Origin: Opitutaceae bacterium
GTDB taxonomy: Bacteria > Verrucomicrobiota > Verrucomicrobiia > Opitutales > Opitutaceae
Assembly: GCA_043745015.1 (NCBI GenBank)
Contig: JAYTUA010000096.1
Location: 3,304 to 67,303 of the forward strand
Length of the DNA stretch: 64,000 nucleotides
Direction of reading: 5' to 3'
In this document: positions 46,348 through 55,356 of the stretch, in pieces
Layout of the letters: the number at the start of each line of letters is the position of its first letter
How positions within the stretch are numbered: the stretch's first letter is position 1
Made by a program: the position numbers and the translations under genes
The notes under the pieces: generated by a model
What the model saw: the letters and a program-made list of their open reading frames with translations, nothing else
Databases searched by the model: none
What the model was told of the DNA's origin: nothing

Positions 46348-48147
46348 CTACCAGTCCTTGCCGTTGGCTTTCGGCTGTTTTTGCGGCTGCCCCTGCATGA
46401 GTTGCTGGAGCTTGGCGGGTGAATCCTGGTTGCGGACCTGCTCGAGTTTCTGGAGCGGCATGGCGAGCTCGGGATCGACCTGCTCGGTCGTCTTCTTGTC
46501 CTGCTGGCCGCCGACTTTCTGGGTGCCGGGCTTGGGCGGCGGCGGCTTCTGCTCCGGCTTTTTTTCCGGCTGGTCCTTCATGTCGCCAAAGGCGTCCTGG
46601 TTTTTCTTCTGTTGCGGTTCTTTCTGCTGCGGTGGTTCGTCCTGCTTTTGCTGTTCGTCCTTCTTCTGGTCCTGCTTCTGTTCCTGGTTTTGATCCTGTT
46701 TCTGCTGCTGGTCCTGATGCTTCTGCTCCTGCTTTGGCTCGTCCTTTTTCTGCTCCTCGCGCTTGAGCAGCTCCTCGAGGTCCGCGCGGAGCTTGGGCCA
46801 GTCGGCGGCCCTGGCGTCGAGCTTTTCACCGAGATCCACCCCCTGCAGGGCGTCGCGGATCACGCCTTCCTGCGGTTGTTGCTGGGCGGATTTGATGCGC
46901 TGGCCGTAGGTGAGCGTAGTCGAGGCCAGTTCGGCACAGTCCTTGGCGCTGAGACCGGGTTGTTCGGCGAGGCGGGCCACGGTTTTGCTCAGGGGCGCGG
47001 CGAGAGTGTCGGCGCCGTTCTCGGCGCCACGTACAGAGGACGGAGGACAGAGGACAGAGAACAGTATCACCAAGACCGCAGCCGACCCCCCCCGCCCTGC
47101 GGGCACCCCTCTCAAGAGGGGATTTTTGGCTGGCGCGAGCGGCAAAGCCCGTTCCCGTGGACGGACGGGGAACTCGGCCCAGAAGCTGAACAACAAAAAG
47201 AGCAGGCCGGGTGCGAGGAACCACTGGTAGCGTTCCATGAGGCGCGCGGTGTTCTTTTCGGCGAACTCGCCCTTCTTGCCCGCCTCGACGGTCTTCTGCA
47301 GCAGGGCGGGTAGGTCGACCCACGCGCTGGCGTCGGCATAGGCGCCGCCGGTCACCTGCGCGAGTTCCTGCAGGGTCGAGCTGTTGAGGCGCGACATCAC
47401 CACGGCGCCACGCTCGTCCTTCACCAGGCCGCCGGCGGCATCGGGGATGAACGAGCCCTGCGCGGTGCCGACGCCCAGGCCGATGACGCGAATGCCCTTG
47501 GCCTTGAGCGAGTCGTTGAGGCCCTTCCAGTCGTCCACCGTGCTCTCGCCGTCGCTGAGGAGGATGAGGTAGCGGTCGGCGGTCGAGGTGCCGAAGGCCT
47601 GCATCGAGGCCTCGAGCATGGCCTTGTAGTTGGAGCCGCCCTCCGGGAGGTAGTCGGGGTTCAGCGCGGGCAGGAATTCCCGCAGCACCTCGTAGTCGGC
47701 GCTGAGCGGGCTCTGCAGGAAGGCGGTGCCGGCGAAGAGCACGAGGCCGACGCGCTCGCCCTTGAGGCCGTCGAGCAACGACTGGATGAGGAGTTTGCTG
47801 CGGTCGAGGCGCGAGGGTTTCACGTCCTGCGCCAGCATGGAGCGCGAAAGATCCACCGCGATGATGACCTCGCGCGACTGGTCGAAGACCTGTTCCTCAA
47901 TCACGCCCCACTGCGGGCGGGCGAGGGCAATGATGCACAGGGCCAGACCGAACCACAGCCAGAGGCGCGGCCGGGTCTCGGCCGTGGTATGTTGGGTACC
48001 GAGGGAAACATCGAAGGCCCCGGCCCAGGCCCGGGCGATTTTCGGCCAGTTGGTCGCGGCGCGCACGGTGTGCCGGGCCAGCTCCCAGGAGAAGAGGAGC
48101 ACGAGCGGCACGAGCAGCCAGAGAATGTGCGGGGAGTGGAAGCTCAT
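46348..48147 (-). CDS. batB: VWA-domain protein BatB with Gln/Lys-rich C-terminus
   Basis: ALARPQWG, AVDLSRSMLAQDVKPSRL, PLSADY, LSDGE, GVGT..G..IP; ends KDW. Confidence 0.85.
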   Translation of the reverse strand: MSFHSPHILWLLVPLVLLFSWELARHTVRAATNWPKIARAWAGAFDVSLGTQHTTAETRPRLWLWFGLALCIIALARPQWGVIEEQVFDQSREVIIAVDLSRSMLAQDVKPSRLDRSKLLIQSLLDGLKGERVGLVLFAGTAFLQSPLSADYEVLREFLPALNPDYLPEGGSNYKAMLEASMQAFGTSTADRYLILLSDGESTVDDWKGLNDSLKAKGIRVIGLGVGTAQGSFIPDAAGGLVKDERGAVVMSRLNSSTLQELAQVTGGAYADASAWVDLPALLQKTVEAGKKGEFAEKNTARLMERYQWFLAPGLLFLLFSFWAEFPVRPRERALPLAPAKNPLLRGVPAGRGGSAAVLVILFSVLCPPSSVRGAENGADTLAAPLSKTVARLAEQPGLSAKDCAELASTTLTYGQRIKSAQQQPQEGVIRDALQGVDLGEKLDARAADWPKLRADLEELLKREEQKKDEPKQEQKHQDQQQKQDQNQEQKQDQKKDEQQKQDEPPQQKEPQQKKNQDAFGDMKDQPEKKPEQKPPPPKPGTQKVGGQQDKKTTEQVDPELAMPLQKLEQVRNQDSPAKLQQLMQGQPQKQPKANGKDW

Positions 48148-49232
48148 GGTTTGGCGGGTAGGGCGCCGAGTCCCTTCGGCGCCGTGGTCTCGGCGCGGAG
48201 CGGAGTCCGCGCCCTACCCCAAGGCAATCTGGGCGGCACGGCCGCCAGCGCGCCGAGGAAGAGCAGCGCGGCGCCGGGAATCGCAAACCAGTGGAAAAGC
48301 TCGGTCGTGAGCAGGTAGGACTTGGCCTGGAACTCGATCTTCTGGGCCGCGTCGATCGCGGCGAAGGACTTCTCGGCGGTGTCGAGGTCGAAGGCGCGGA
48401 AGAATTTCCCCCCGGTGGCGTCGGCCATGGCGCGGAGCTGTCCCTCATCGAGGTCGGAGATGGCGCGGCGGTAGCCGATCTTGTTGCCGTTGTCGTCGAA
48501 CACGGGCATCGGCACCAAGCCGTCGCGCCCGGCGCCGATGGTGTAGACGGGGATGCCGCGGGATTTCGCAATGCCGGTGGCCTGGTCGGGCGTGAGCAGG
48601 CCGCGGTTATTGGCACCGTCGGTCATGAGCACGACAAACGCGCCCTTGCGTTTGCTGTTATCCGTGCGCTTGGCCTGCTCGAGGCGGGTGAGCGCAATCC
48701 CAAGGCCGTCGCCGATGGCGGTGCCGTCCTCAATCATGCCGATCTTGAGGCGCGCCACCTGGCGGCCGAGCCACTCGTGGTCGAAGGTGAGCGGGGCGAG
48801 GGTGTAGGCGCGGCCCGAGAAAACAACCATGCCGATACGGTCGCTGGTGCGCTGGCTGATGAAGGCCTGGATGATGGGCTTGATGGCTTGCAGGCGGTTG
48901 ATGCGCTCGCCGTCGCGCTCGTAATCCTCGGCCAGCATCGAGCCGGAAAGATCAATGGCGAGCATCAGGTCGTAGCCCTGCTGCTTCACCTCGCGCTTGT
49001 CCTCGACAATCTGCGGGCGGGCGAGGCCGATGATCAGCAGCACGAGCCCGACCACGGCAAAGATGGCCGGCCAGCGTGAGCTGGGGATCAGCGTGGGCCG
49101 GTGCCAGGCTGCGGCAAACGGCACCACCAGCACCGGGGCGCCGCGGCGGCCGCGCACCCACATGAGCAGGGGCAGGGCCAGCAGGGCCAGCAGCCACCAC
49201 GGATCATGGAAAGTGTAGCTTGTGAGCGGCAT
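48144..49232 (-). CDS. batA: VWA-domain protein BatA
   Basis: F..PWWLL, LARPQ, AIDLSGSMLAED, DRIG.VVF, PLT.D, GTAIGDGL, TDGANN, TGGKFFRA. Confidence 0.88.
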   Translation of the reverse strand: MPLTSYTFHDPWWLLALLALPLLMWVRGRRGAPVLVVPFAAAWHRPTLIPSSRWPAIFAVVGLVLLIIGLARPQIVEDKREVKQQGYDLMLAIDLSGSMLAEDYERDGERINRLQAIKPIIQAFISQRTSDRIGMVVFSGRAYTLAPLTFDHEWLGRQVARLKIGMIEDGTAIGDGLGIALTRLEQAKRTDNSKRKGAFVVLMTDGANNRGLLTPDQATGIAKSRGIPVYTIGAGRDGLVPMPVFDDNGNKIGYRRAISDLDEGQLRAMADATGGKFFRAFDLDTAEKSFAAIDAAQKIEFQAKSYLLTTELFHWFAIPGAALLFLGALAAVPPRLPWGRARTPLRAETTAPKGLGALPAKP

Positions 49233-50164
49233 CAGCGGCGGTTGCCTGCGGCCATGCGGGCGTGAAAAAAGCGGACTAGGGCGGCCAGCCGTTCCTGGTC
49301 GGTGCGGACGGTGAGGCGGCTGAGCGGGGCGGGGAAGAGGGCGCGATAGGAAGTGTCGCGCTGCGCGACCCATGCGGCGTGGGCCTCGCGCTGGGCGGAG
49401 GAGGCACCGTTCAGATTCACAATGCGACCGGCGACCGGATCGTAGGTGGTGAGCACGCGCTCGGTGGGCAGCTCGCGCTCCCACGGGTCGTCCACCCGGA
49501 AGCCCATCGTCTGGTAGCGGCGGGAGAGCACGTTCCAGCCCTCGGGTTCAAGGCGCGGCGGAAAATCCCCCAGCCAGATCAGGATGCTGTGCCGGGGCGC
49601 AGCCTTGGCGAGGAGCCGCCAGGGGATGAAGGAAGCGGAGGCGTGAGGCGTGGGGCTGGAGGCGAGAGAGGGGAGAGGCTGGCCGAGGAGCTGGGCGGCG
49701 GCGTGGAGGATCTGCCCGCGGCCGCGGACCGGTTCCTTCAGGGTGTAGCCTTGTTCGGACGCGTGGAGGAAGCCGACGCGGTCGCGGTTGACCGCACCGA
49801 GCATCATGACGAGTCCGGCGAGTTCGAGGAGGGCTTCGCGCTTAGACTGGGCGCCGGAGCCGAACTGCAGGCTGACGCTGTCTTCGAACAGGAGCAGCAG
49901 GGAGACTTCGCGTTCCTCGATGAACTTCTTGCGGTAGGGCTCGCCGAGCCGGGCGGTGACATTCCAGTCGATATCGCGGATGTCGTCGCCGTAAGTGTAT
50001 TTGACGACCTGGTCGAATTCCATGCCGCGGCCGCGGAAGGCGGAACGGTATTCGCCGCTGAGCACGTTCTCCACCGCATGGCGCACGCGCCACTCGAGCT
50101 GCTTGAGCAGCGCGAGCTGGGAGGTGACCAGCGAGGGTTGCGCGGTGGCGGACGACGGCGGCAT
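49232..50164 (-). CDS. DUF58 domain protein
   Basis: GEYRSAFRGRGMEF....Y..GDDIRDIDWNVTAR....KKFIEERE. Confidence 0.9.
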   Translation of the reverse strand: MPPSSATAQPSLVTSQLALLKQLEWRVRHAVENVLSGEYRSAFRGRGMEFDQVVKYTYGDDIRDIDWNVTARLGEPYRKKFIEEREVSLLLLFEDSVSLQFGSGAQSKREALLELAGLVMMLGAVNRDRVGFLHASEQGYTLKEPVRGRGQILHAAAQLLGQPLPSLASSPTPHASASFIPWRLLAKAAPRHSILIWLGDFPPRLEPEGWNVLSRRYQTMGFRVDDPWERELPTERVLTTYDPVAGRIVNLNGASSAQREAHAAWVAQRDTSYRALFPAPLSRLTVRTDQERLAALVRFFHARMAAGNRR

Positions 50165-50178
50165 GGGCGCGGGCGGCG

Positions 50179-51156
50179 TCAGACCTTGGCCGGGACAGGG
50201 GTGCGGATGAGGACCTGGTCGAGCACCTTGTCGGTGGAGAGACCCTCGGCCTCCGCCTCATAGGTGAGGCCGACGCGGTGGCGCAGGGCGTCGTGGAAAA
50301 TCTCCTGCACGAGGGAAGGTGAGAGATAGTCGGTGCCGCGGAGCCAGGCGAGGGCGCGGCCGGCCTGGAAGAGGGCGAGCGAGGCGCGGGGCGAGGCGCC
50401 GAAGTTGAGGAGGCGCTTGGCGCCGCCGCCGGTGCCCTCGGCCTGCGCGGCGAGTTCGCGGGAAGTGCGGACGAGGGCGAGGATGTAGGCCTGGACGGCC
50501 GGCGAGACATGGATGGCGTCCACCTGCACGCGGAGTTCGAGAAGTTCCGCGCCGCTGGAGACGGCCTTGAGTTCGGGCTGCTGGGTGACCTGGCCCCAGC
50601 GTTCCATCATCAGCGATTCCTCGGGGGCGGACGGGTAGTCCACGAGGAGCTTGAAGAGGAAGCGGTCGGTCTGGGCCTCGGGGAGCGGGTAGGTGCCTTC
50701 CTGTTCGATGGGGTTTTGCGTGGCCATCACGAAGAAGGGCTTGGGCAGAATGTGCGAGGTGCCGCCGATGGTGACCTGCCGCTCCTGCATGGCCTCAAGG
50801 AGGGACGACTGGACCTTGGCGGGGGCGCGGTTGATTTCGTCGGCGAGGACGAGGTTGGCGAAGATCGGGCCCTTGTGGGTGGTGAAGCTGCCGTCCTTGG
50901 GCGAGAAGATCATCGTGCCGACAACGTCGCTGGGCAGCAGGTCGGGGGTGAACTGGATGCGCTCGAACTGGACGCCGAGGGCGGTGCCGAGCGATTTGAT
51001 GAGGAGGGTCTTGGCCAGGCCGGGCATGCCCTCAAGGAGGACATGGCCGTTGGCCAGCAGGGCGACGAGCATGCGCTCGATGACGGCATCCTGGCCGATG
51101 ACGGCGTGACCGATTTCAGTGCGGAGTTTTTGGGACCAAGTAGGACCGTTGATCAT
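50179..51156 (-). CDS. moxR: MoxR family AAA+ ATPase
   Basis: HVLLEGMPGLAKT (Walker A), RIQFTPDLLPSD, LADEINRAPAKVQS, ATQNPIEQEGTYPLPEAQ.DRF, GASPR. Confidence 0.95.
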   Translation of the reverse strand: MINGPTWSQKLRTEIGHAVIGQDAVIERMLVALLANGHVLLEGMPGLAKTLLIKSLGTALGVQFERIQFTPDLLPSDVVGTMIFSPKDGSFTTHKGPIFANLVLADEINRAPAKVQSSLLEAMQERQVTIGGTSHILPKPFFVMATQNPIEQEGTYPLPEAQTDRFLFKLLVDYPSAPEESLMMERWGQVTQQPELKAVSSGAELLELRVQVDAIHVSPAVQAYILALVRTSRELAAQAEGTGGGAKRLLNFGASPRASLALFQAGRALAWLRGTDYLSPSLVQEIFHDALRHRVGLTYEAEAEGLSTDKVLDQVLIRTPVPAKV

Positions 51157-51300
51157 GGGTAAGCAGGAGTGAAAGTGAGAGGGAAAGTGAAGGGGCTGGG
51201 CTCGCCTGTGACAAGAGCTGATCCAGCTTCGCGCCAGAGCGAAGGACGGGCGGACATTTGACTCCATGAAGGGAAGGTGGTTTCCCTAAACAACAGCGAA

Positions 51301-51711
51301 ATGGCCGATTTTCCCGACATCGTGGAAGCGTCACTGCGGGCGCGATTTGTCTCCCTGGGCGTCCAGCCGGGGGAGGTGGAGGAGGATTTTATCCGCGGGA
51401 CCGGGGCGGGCGGGCAGAAGATCAACAAAACCTCCTCCACGGTGCGCTTGCGGCACCGGCCGACCGGCGTGGAGGTGCGCTGCCAGCGCGAGCGCAACCA
51501 GTCGGTCAACCGCCTGCTCGCCTGGGTCGAGCTGGCGGACAAGCTGGAGTGGCGCAAACAGGAGTCAGCCAACCAGGCCCAGTCCGCCCGCGAACTGGCC
51601 CGCCGGCAGAAACGTCAGAAATCCCGCGGCCAGAAGGCCCGGATGATCGAGGGCAAGAAGCACCGGGCGAAGCACAAGGCCCGCCGCGGTCGCGTGGGCG
51701 GCGAGGAGTGA
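51301..51711 (+). CDS. peptide chain release factor-like peptidyl-tRNA hydrolase (ArfB/C12orf65-like)
   Basis: E.FIRG.GAGGQKINKTSS.V.L.H.PTG..V.CQ.ER.Q..NR; basic C-terminal tail. Confidence 0.88.
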   Translation: MADFPDIVEASLRARFVSLGVQPGEVEEDFIRGTGAGGQKINKTSSTVRLRHRPTGVEVRCQRERNQSVNRLLAWVELADKLEWRKQESANQAQSARELARRQKRQKSRGQKARMIEGKKHRAKHKARRGRVGGEE

Positions 51712-51714
51712 ACC

Positions 51715-52203
51715 TCAGGCGCCGGCGACCGGGGGCGGTACCAGTTCCGGTTGCGGTTCGGCCGCGGCCTTGAGGGCGGTCCGCAGCTGCAGGGCGCCCC
51801 GGCCCATGTAGAACAGGGCGAGGCCGTGAAAGGCGACGGACATCCAGTCCTGCAGGACCAAGTAGATCCCGGCGTCCAGCGTGTAGAGCACGATGCCGAT
51901 GACGAACGCCCAGAGATGACCCTTGCGCGCGAAGAAGCCGAAGCCGGCGATGATACCCAGGGCGACCACATCAATGGCCAGCGCGATGAGCAGGTAGTCT
52001 TTGAAAATGGCGTCGGCCATCAGCGTGAAACCCAGGCCGATGACGAAGCTCCGGTCCGAGCCGGAGTGGATCATGATGCTGTTGACGACGGAGAGGCCGG
52101 CGATCCACCAGAACCAGTTGGCGCCGCGCATGACTTCAGGCTCGGATTGGGCGACAAGCGCGCGATTGATGGAGGTGGCTTGAGTGAAGGGATTTTCGGC
52201 CAT
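51715..52203 (-). CDS. hypothetical membrane protein
   Basis: GANWFWWIAGLS.VNS, 4-5 TM helices; start MAENPF. Confidence 0.75.
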   Translation of the reverse strand: MAENPFTQATSINRALVAQSEPEVMRGANWFWWIAGLSVVNSIMIHSGSDRSFVIGLGFTLMADAIFKDYLLIALAIDVVALGIIAGFGFFARKGHLWAFVIGIVLYTLDAGIYLVLQDWMSVAFHGLALFYMGRGALQLRTALKAAAEPQPELVPPPVAGA

Positions 52204-52280
52204 GTTGGGGTGGGGGTGGGGTGCGGCCCGCACTTTGCCGTATTCCACTCCAAGGGCGAGCGGGGAGTGTGTCACGGACC

Positions 52281-52541
52281 TCAGTTGTGCCAGAGCGCGG
52301 CGAGGGCGGTGAGCACCCCGGCGACGAGCACGAGGTTGGCGAGCAGGCCGAGGTTTTTCTCCAACCAGCCGGGCGGTTGCTCCAACTGGGCGCTGAGGCC
52401 GGCATCGCCGGATTTGCGTTCGTCGCGCCAATGCTCTTTGCGCCGGGCGGAATCGCGGCGGAAATTGCGGGCGAAACCGCGCAGCACCAGACCCAGCATG
52501 GCAAGGCAGACGCCGAGACCCAGCAAAGCGTCGCGGCTCAT
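52281..52541 (-). CDS. small membrane protein
   Basis: Two hydrophobic helices flanking a basic loop; ATGA overlap with the MOSC gene. Confidence 0.7.
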   Translation of the reverse strand: MSRDALLGLGVCLAMLGLVLRGFARNFRRDSARRKEHWRDERKSGDAGLSAQLEQPPGWLEKNLGLLANLVLVAGVLTALAALWHN

Positions 52542-53374
52542 GGGATCAGGACGACCTCGTCGCCCACGCGGATAGCCCCGTGCTTGGTCTCGTGGATGAG
52601 GTTCACGCCGTAGAAGATCTCGGTGGGATCAGCGGGATTGCGGCGGAAGGTGGCGAGGGTCTTCAGCGGTTCCTTGCCGCGCTCGCCGGTGAGCTGGTCG
52701 GTGGTGGTGATGATGCAGCGGACGGATTTTCCCGCGCTGCGGAAGATGCCGTCACCGATTTTGAACCGCGACCAGGTATCCTCGGCGAAGGCGTCGCAGC
52801 CATCGATGACGAAATTGGGGCGAAAGCGGTTCATCGGGACGGGCTCGCCCTGGTTGGCCTGGATGCGGTCGTTGAGGTGGGCGAGCGAGGCTTCGCTGAT
52901 GATCAGGAACGGACAGGCGTCGGCGAAAGTGAAAAGATCGCCCGGCTGTGCGGCGGATTTGAGGATCGGGCGGGAGAATTCCCGGCCGACGCGCACCAAG
53001 TGGCAGGTGATGCCGAGAAAATCGCTGAGCCAGACAGCGGCCACTGCACCGCAATCATCGGCGACGACCGTGTCTTTCCAGATCGAGACGATTAATGTAG
53101 GTTGGGGTTTATCCCCGACTGTCTGGCGTAAAGCCCGACCTACAGTCACCGAGCCGTGGTTAGGTGCGGTGAGGATCAGCGATTCGTTGGTCAGTTCGGT
53201 CGCGATCAGGGCCATGCGGGGGGCGGTGCGCTGCGTCAGGAATTTGCCCGTGGCGTCCACGACGAGGAAGCGGCGGTCGCCAACGAAGCCCAAAGCGTCG
53301 AGTTCCGCCGCGGGCACGGCATGGCCGCGCAGGGATTTCACGGGGTAGAGAAACAGGCCGGTGACGCGGGGCAT
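52538..53374 (-). CDS. MOSC-domain protein (YcbX/mARC-like)
   Basis: LYPVKSLRG, GDRRFLVVD..GKFLTQR..P.MA, FAD..P, NRFRPN.VIDG..AFAEDTW, RC..TT.D..TG. Confidence 0.9.
   Translation of the reverse strand: MPRVTGLFLYPVKSLRGHAVPAAELDALGFVGDRRFLVVDATGKFLTQRTAPRMALIATELTNESLILTAPNHGSVTVGRALRQTVGDKPQPTLIVSIWKDTVVADDCGAVAAVWLSDFLGITCHLVRVGREFSRPILKSAAQPGDLFTFADACPFLIISEASLAHLNDRIQANQGEPVPMNRFRPNFVIDGCDAFAEDTWSRFKIGDGIFRSAGKSVRCIITTTDQLTGERGKEPLKTLATFRRNPADPTEIFYGVNLIHETKHGAIRVGDEVVLIP
53096..53144. repeat. GTAG-type REP doublet inside the MOSC CDS
   Basis: tgtaggttggggtttatccccgac-t-gtctggcgtaaagcccgacctaca. Confidence 0.85.
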
Positions 53375-53383
53375 GGGAGGATT

Positions 53384-53573
53384 GGCCACAAAAAGCACAA
53401 AAGACGCAAAGAGAAACGCCGGAATGGTGGAGGGCCCGCGTCCCTGCGGGCCGGGTTCGGTCTGTCATTGCGAGGAGCGAAACGACGAAGCAATCCAGCT
53501 GGATCGCCACGGCACGCTTCCGCGTGCCTCGCGATGACAATACATTACGGTCCGCAGGGACGCGGACCCTCCA
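53384..53573. repeat. nested composite repeat upstream of the MOSC gene
   Basis: GGAG-type REP arms 53428-53453/53548-53573 enclose a TGTC-type element 53463-53539; ccacaaaaagcacaaaa array at 53384. Confidence 0.8.
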
Positions 53574-53577
53574 GCGA

Positions 53578-53931
53578 TCAACCTGACTTCCGTTGGTAAT
53601 TGACGAGGTAGAGCTGCGGGTCCTGGCCGGTGTGGAATTTTTCCGGGCGGGTGCCGCCGAGGCCGTAGCAGATCGAGAGCGCGCCGCCGGCAAACTTGAA
53701 AAGCCCCGGGATGCTGCGGCCGGCGTTGGGGCCGGTGACGCCAGTGAGCGTGAGATGGCCGTCGGCATCGACCGCATAGGTGCCGTGGTCGGCGGCGACG
53801 CCGCCGAAGCGCACGGTGTATTTCCCGTCGGCCAGTTCGACCTCCATTTTTTCGAGCGCCATCTTCGGCGCCTCCTCGCCCCCGAGCTCGGCGTAAAGCG
53901 GCTGCCAGATGCCTTCCAGTGAAGCGCCCAT
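53578..53931 (-). CDS. TIGR03067-like domain protein
   Basis: LEG.W....E.GG, G.Y.VD, G...G..IPG.F...G..L.ICY...G.RP..F. Confidence 0.75.
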   Translation of the reverse strand: MGASLEGIWQPLYAELGGEEAPKMALEKMEVELADGKYTVRFGGVAADHGTYAVDADGHLTLTGVTGPNAGRSIPGLFKFAGGALSICYGLGGTRPEKFHTGQDPQLYLVNYQRKSG

Positions 53932-53938
53932 AGTCTGC

Positions 53939-55231
53939 TCAGGCGCGCTTCAGCACGTCGCGCGGGGTGGTCTCGGTGGGCGCGGGGTCGGTGAGCTCCT
54001 TGGCCCCCTTGGCGCCGAGCTCGGAGAATTTGCGGGCACCGGGCAGCAGGGTCTGCTCGAAGGAGCCGACGGCGGAATTGTAGGCCTTGCTGGCGGTCTC
54101 GAGGCCGCGGCCGACCTTGTCGAGGTTGTCGGCGAAGTTGGCGATGCGGTCGTAGAGCGCGCGGCCAAGGTCGGCGATGATCTGCGCGTTCTTGGACACA
54201 TCCTCCTGGCGCCAGCCGTAGGCGGCGGCCTTGAGCAGGGCGATGAGCGTGGCGGGCGTGGCGAGCAGGACTTTCTTCGCGATGGCGCGGTCGATGAGCG
54301 TCGGGTCGCCCTGCAACGCGCCGGAGAGGAACTGGTCGCCGGGGAGAAAGAGCACGACGAACTCGGGCGAGGGCTGGAACTGCTCCCAGTAATTCTTGGC
54401 GCCGAGGGCGTCGATATGGCCGCGGACCTTGGCGGCGTGCTCGGCGAGCTTGGCGGAGCGGACGGTCTCGTCGGAGGCGTTGGCCGCCTCGCGGTAGGCG
54501 TCGTTGGGGGCCTTGGCGTCGATGACGATCTGCTGGCCGCCGGGCAGGCGGACAATGAGGTCGGGCCGGAAGCCGCCGGACGACTGCTGCTCGACGAAAT
54601 CGCAGTAGGAGCTCATGCCCGACATCTCGACGACGCGGCGCAGCTGGAGTTCGCCCCAGGTGCCGGCAGTGGTGGTGGAGCGCAGGGCGGTGGTGAGCTT
54701 GGAGGCCTCGGCCTGCAGGGAGACCTGCGCGGTGCCGAGCGACTTCAACTGTTCGGAGAGCTGGCCGTAGGCGGAGGCGCGGGCCTTCTCGATCTCGCCG
54801 ATCTTGGCATCAACTTTCTCGAGCGACTCCTTGAGCGGTTTGACCATCGAGTCGATGGCCTGCTGGCGTTTGCCGAGTTCGTCGGCGGACTGCTGGTGGA
54901 GCTTGCCGAAGCTCTCGCGGGCGAGGTCGAGGAAGGACTGGTTGTTGGAGCGGAGAGCGTCGGCGGAGAGGGCCTTGAAGGACGAGGTCAGGCGGTCGTG
55001 GGCGTCGGTGAGGGCTTGGATTCTTTCCGCCGCGGTGGCACGTTCCGTGGCGAGGGCATTTTCGATTTTGGATTTTAGATTTTCGATTTCCACCAAGCGG
55101 GCGCGGGCGGCGGCGAGTTCCGCCTCCATGAGGCGGGCGCGCTCGGCGGTGGCGGCGGAACGGGACTGGGCGATGAACCAGCCGAGGGCAGCGCCGACCA
55201 GTACGCCGATGATGAGAAAGAGAAAATCCAT
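53939..55231 (-). CDS. rmuC: DNA recombination protein RmuC
   Basis: N-terminal TM and coiled coil, G.WGELQL.RVVEMSGM...CDF.EQ, RPDLIVRLPG...IVIDAKAP, PEFVVLFLP, ATPATLIALL. Confidence 0.93.
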   Translation of the reverse strand: MDFLFLIIGVLVGAALGWFIAQSRSAATAERARLMEAELAAARARLVEIENLKSKIENALATERATAAERIQALTDAHDRLTSSFKALSADALRSNNQSFLDLARESFGKLHQQSADELGKRQQAIDSMVKPLKESLEKVDAKIGEIEKARASAYGQLSEQLKSLGTAQVSLQAEASKLTTALRSTTTAGTWGELQLRRVVEMSGMSSYCDFVEQQSSGGFRPDLIVRLPGGQQIVIDAKAPNDAYREAANASDETVRSAKLAEHAAKVRGHIDALGAKNYWEQFQPSPEFVVLFLPGDQFLSGALQGDPTLIDRAIAKKVLLATPATLIALLKAAAYGWRQEDVSKNAQIIADLGRALYDRIANFADNLDKVGRGLETASKAYNSAVGSFEQTLLPGARKFSELGAKGAKELTDPAPTETTPRDVLKRA

Positions 55232-55245
55232 CGGAGGGAAGTGAA

Positions 55246-55351
55246 GTAGGGCGGTCGGCTGGGCGCAAGCGCGCAACCGGCTCCTGGTAACGCGGGGTGA
55301 GGGCACCCCGCCCACACAGACCGAGCGGCCCGTAGGGACGCGGGCCCTCCA
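55246..55351. repeat. cluster of REP-like elements
   Basis: 26-bp REP 55291-55316 plus GGAG-type half cggcccgtagggacgcgggccctcca 55326-55351. Confidence 0.75.
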
Positions 55352-55356
55352 GCGAA

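Noticed and set aside
46500-46760. Low-complexity CTG/TTC-rich tract as a DNA repeat element
   Set aside because: It is explained by the Gln/Lys/Glu-rich linker typical of BatB/BatC proteins.
43706-51156. moxR-DUF58-batABD cluster as a novel system
   Set aside because: It is a well-known, widespread MoxR/VWA (Bat) operon; only the repeat insertions are unusual.
22315-55316. Three identical 26-bp repeats as a CRISPR array
   Set aside because: They are dispersed over 33 kb with no regular spacers and no cas genes; they have REP structure (GTGG head plus hairpin).
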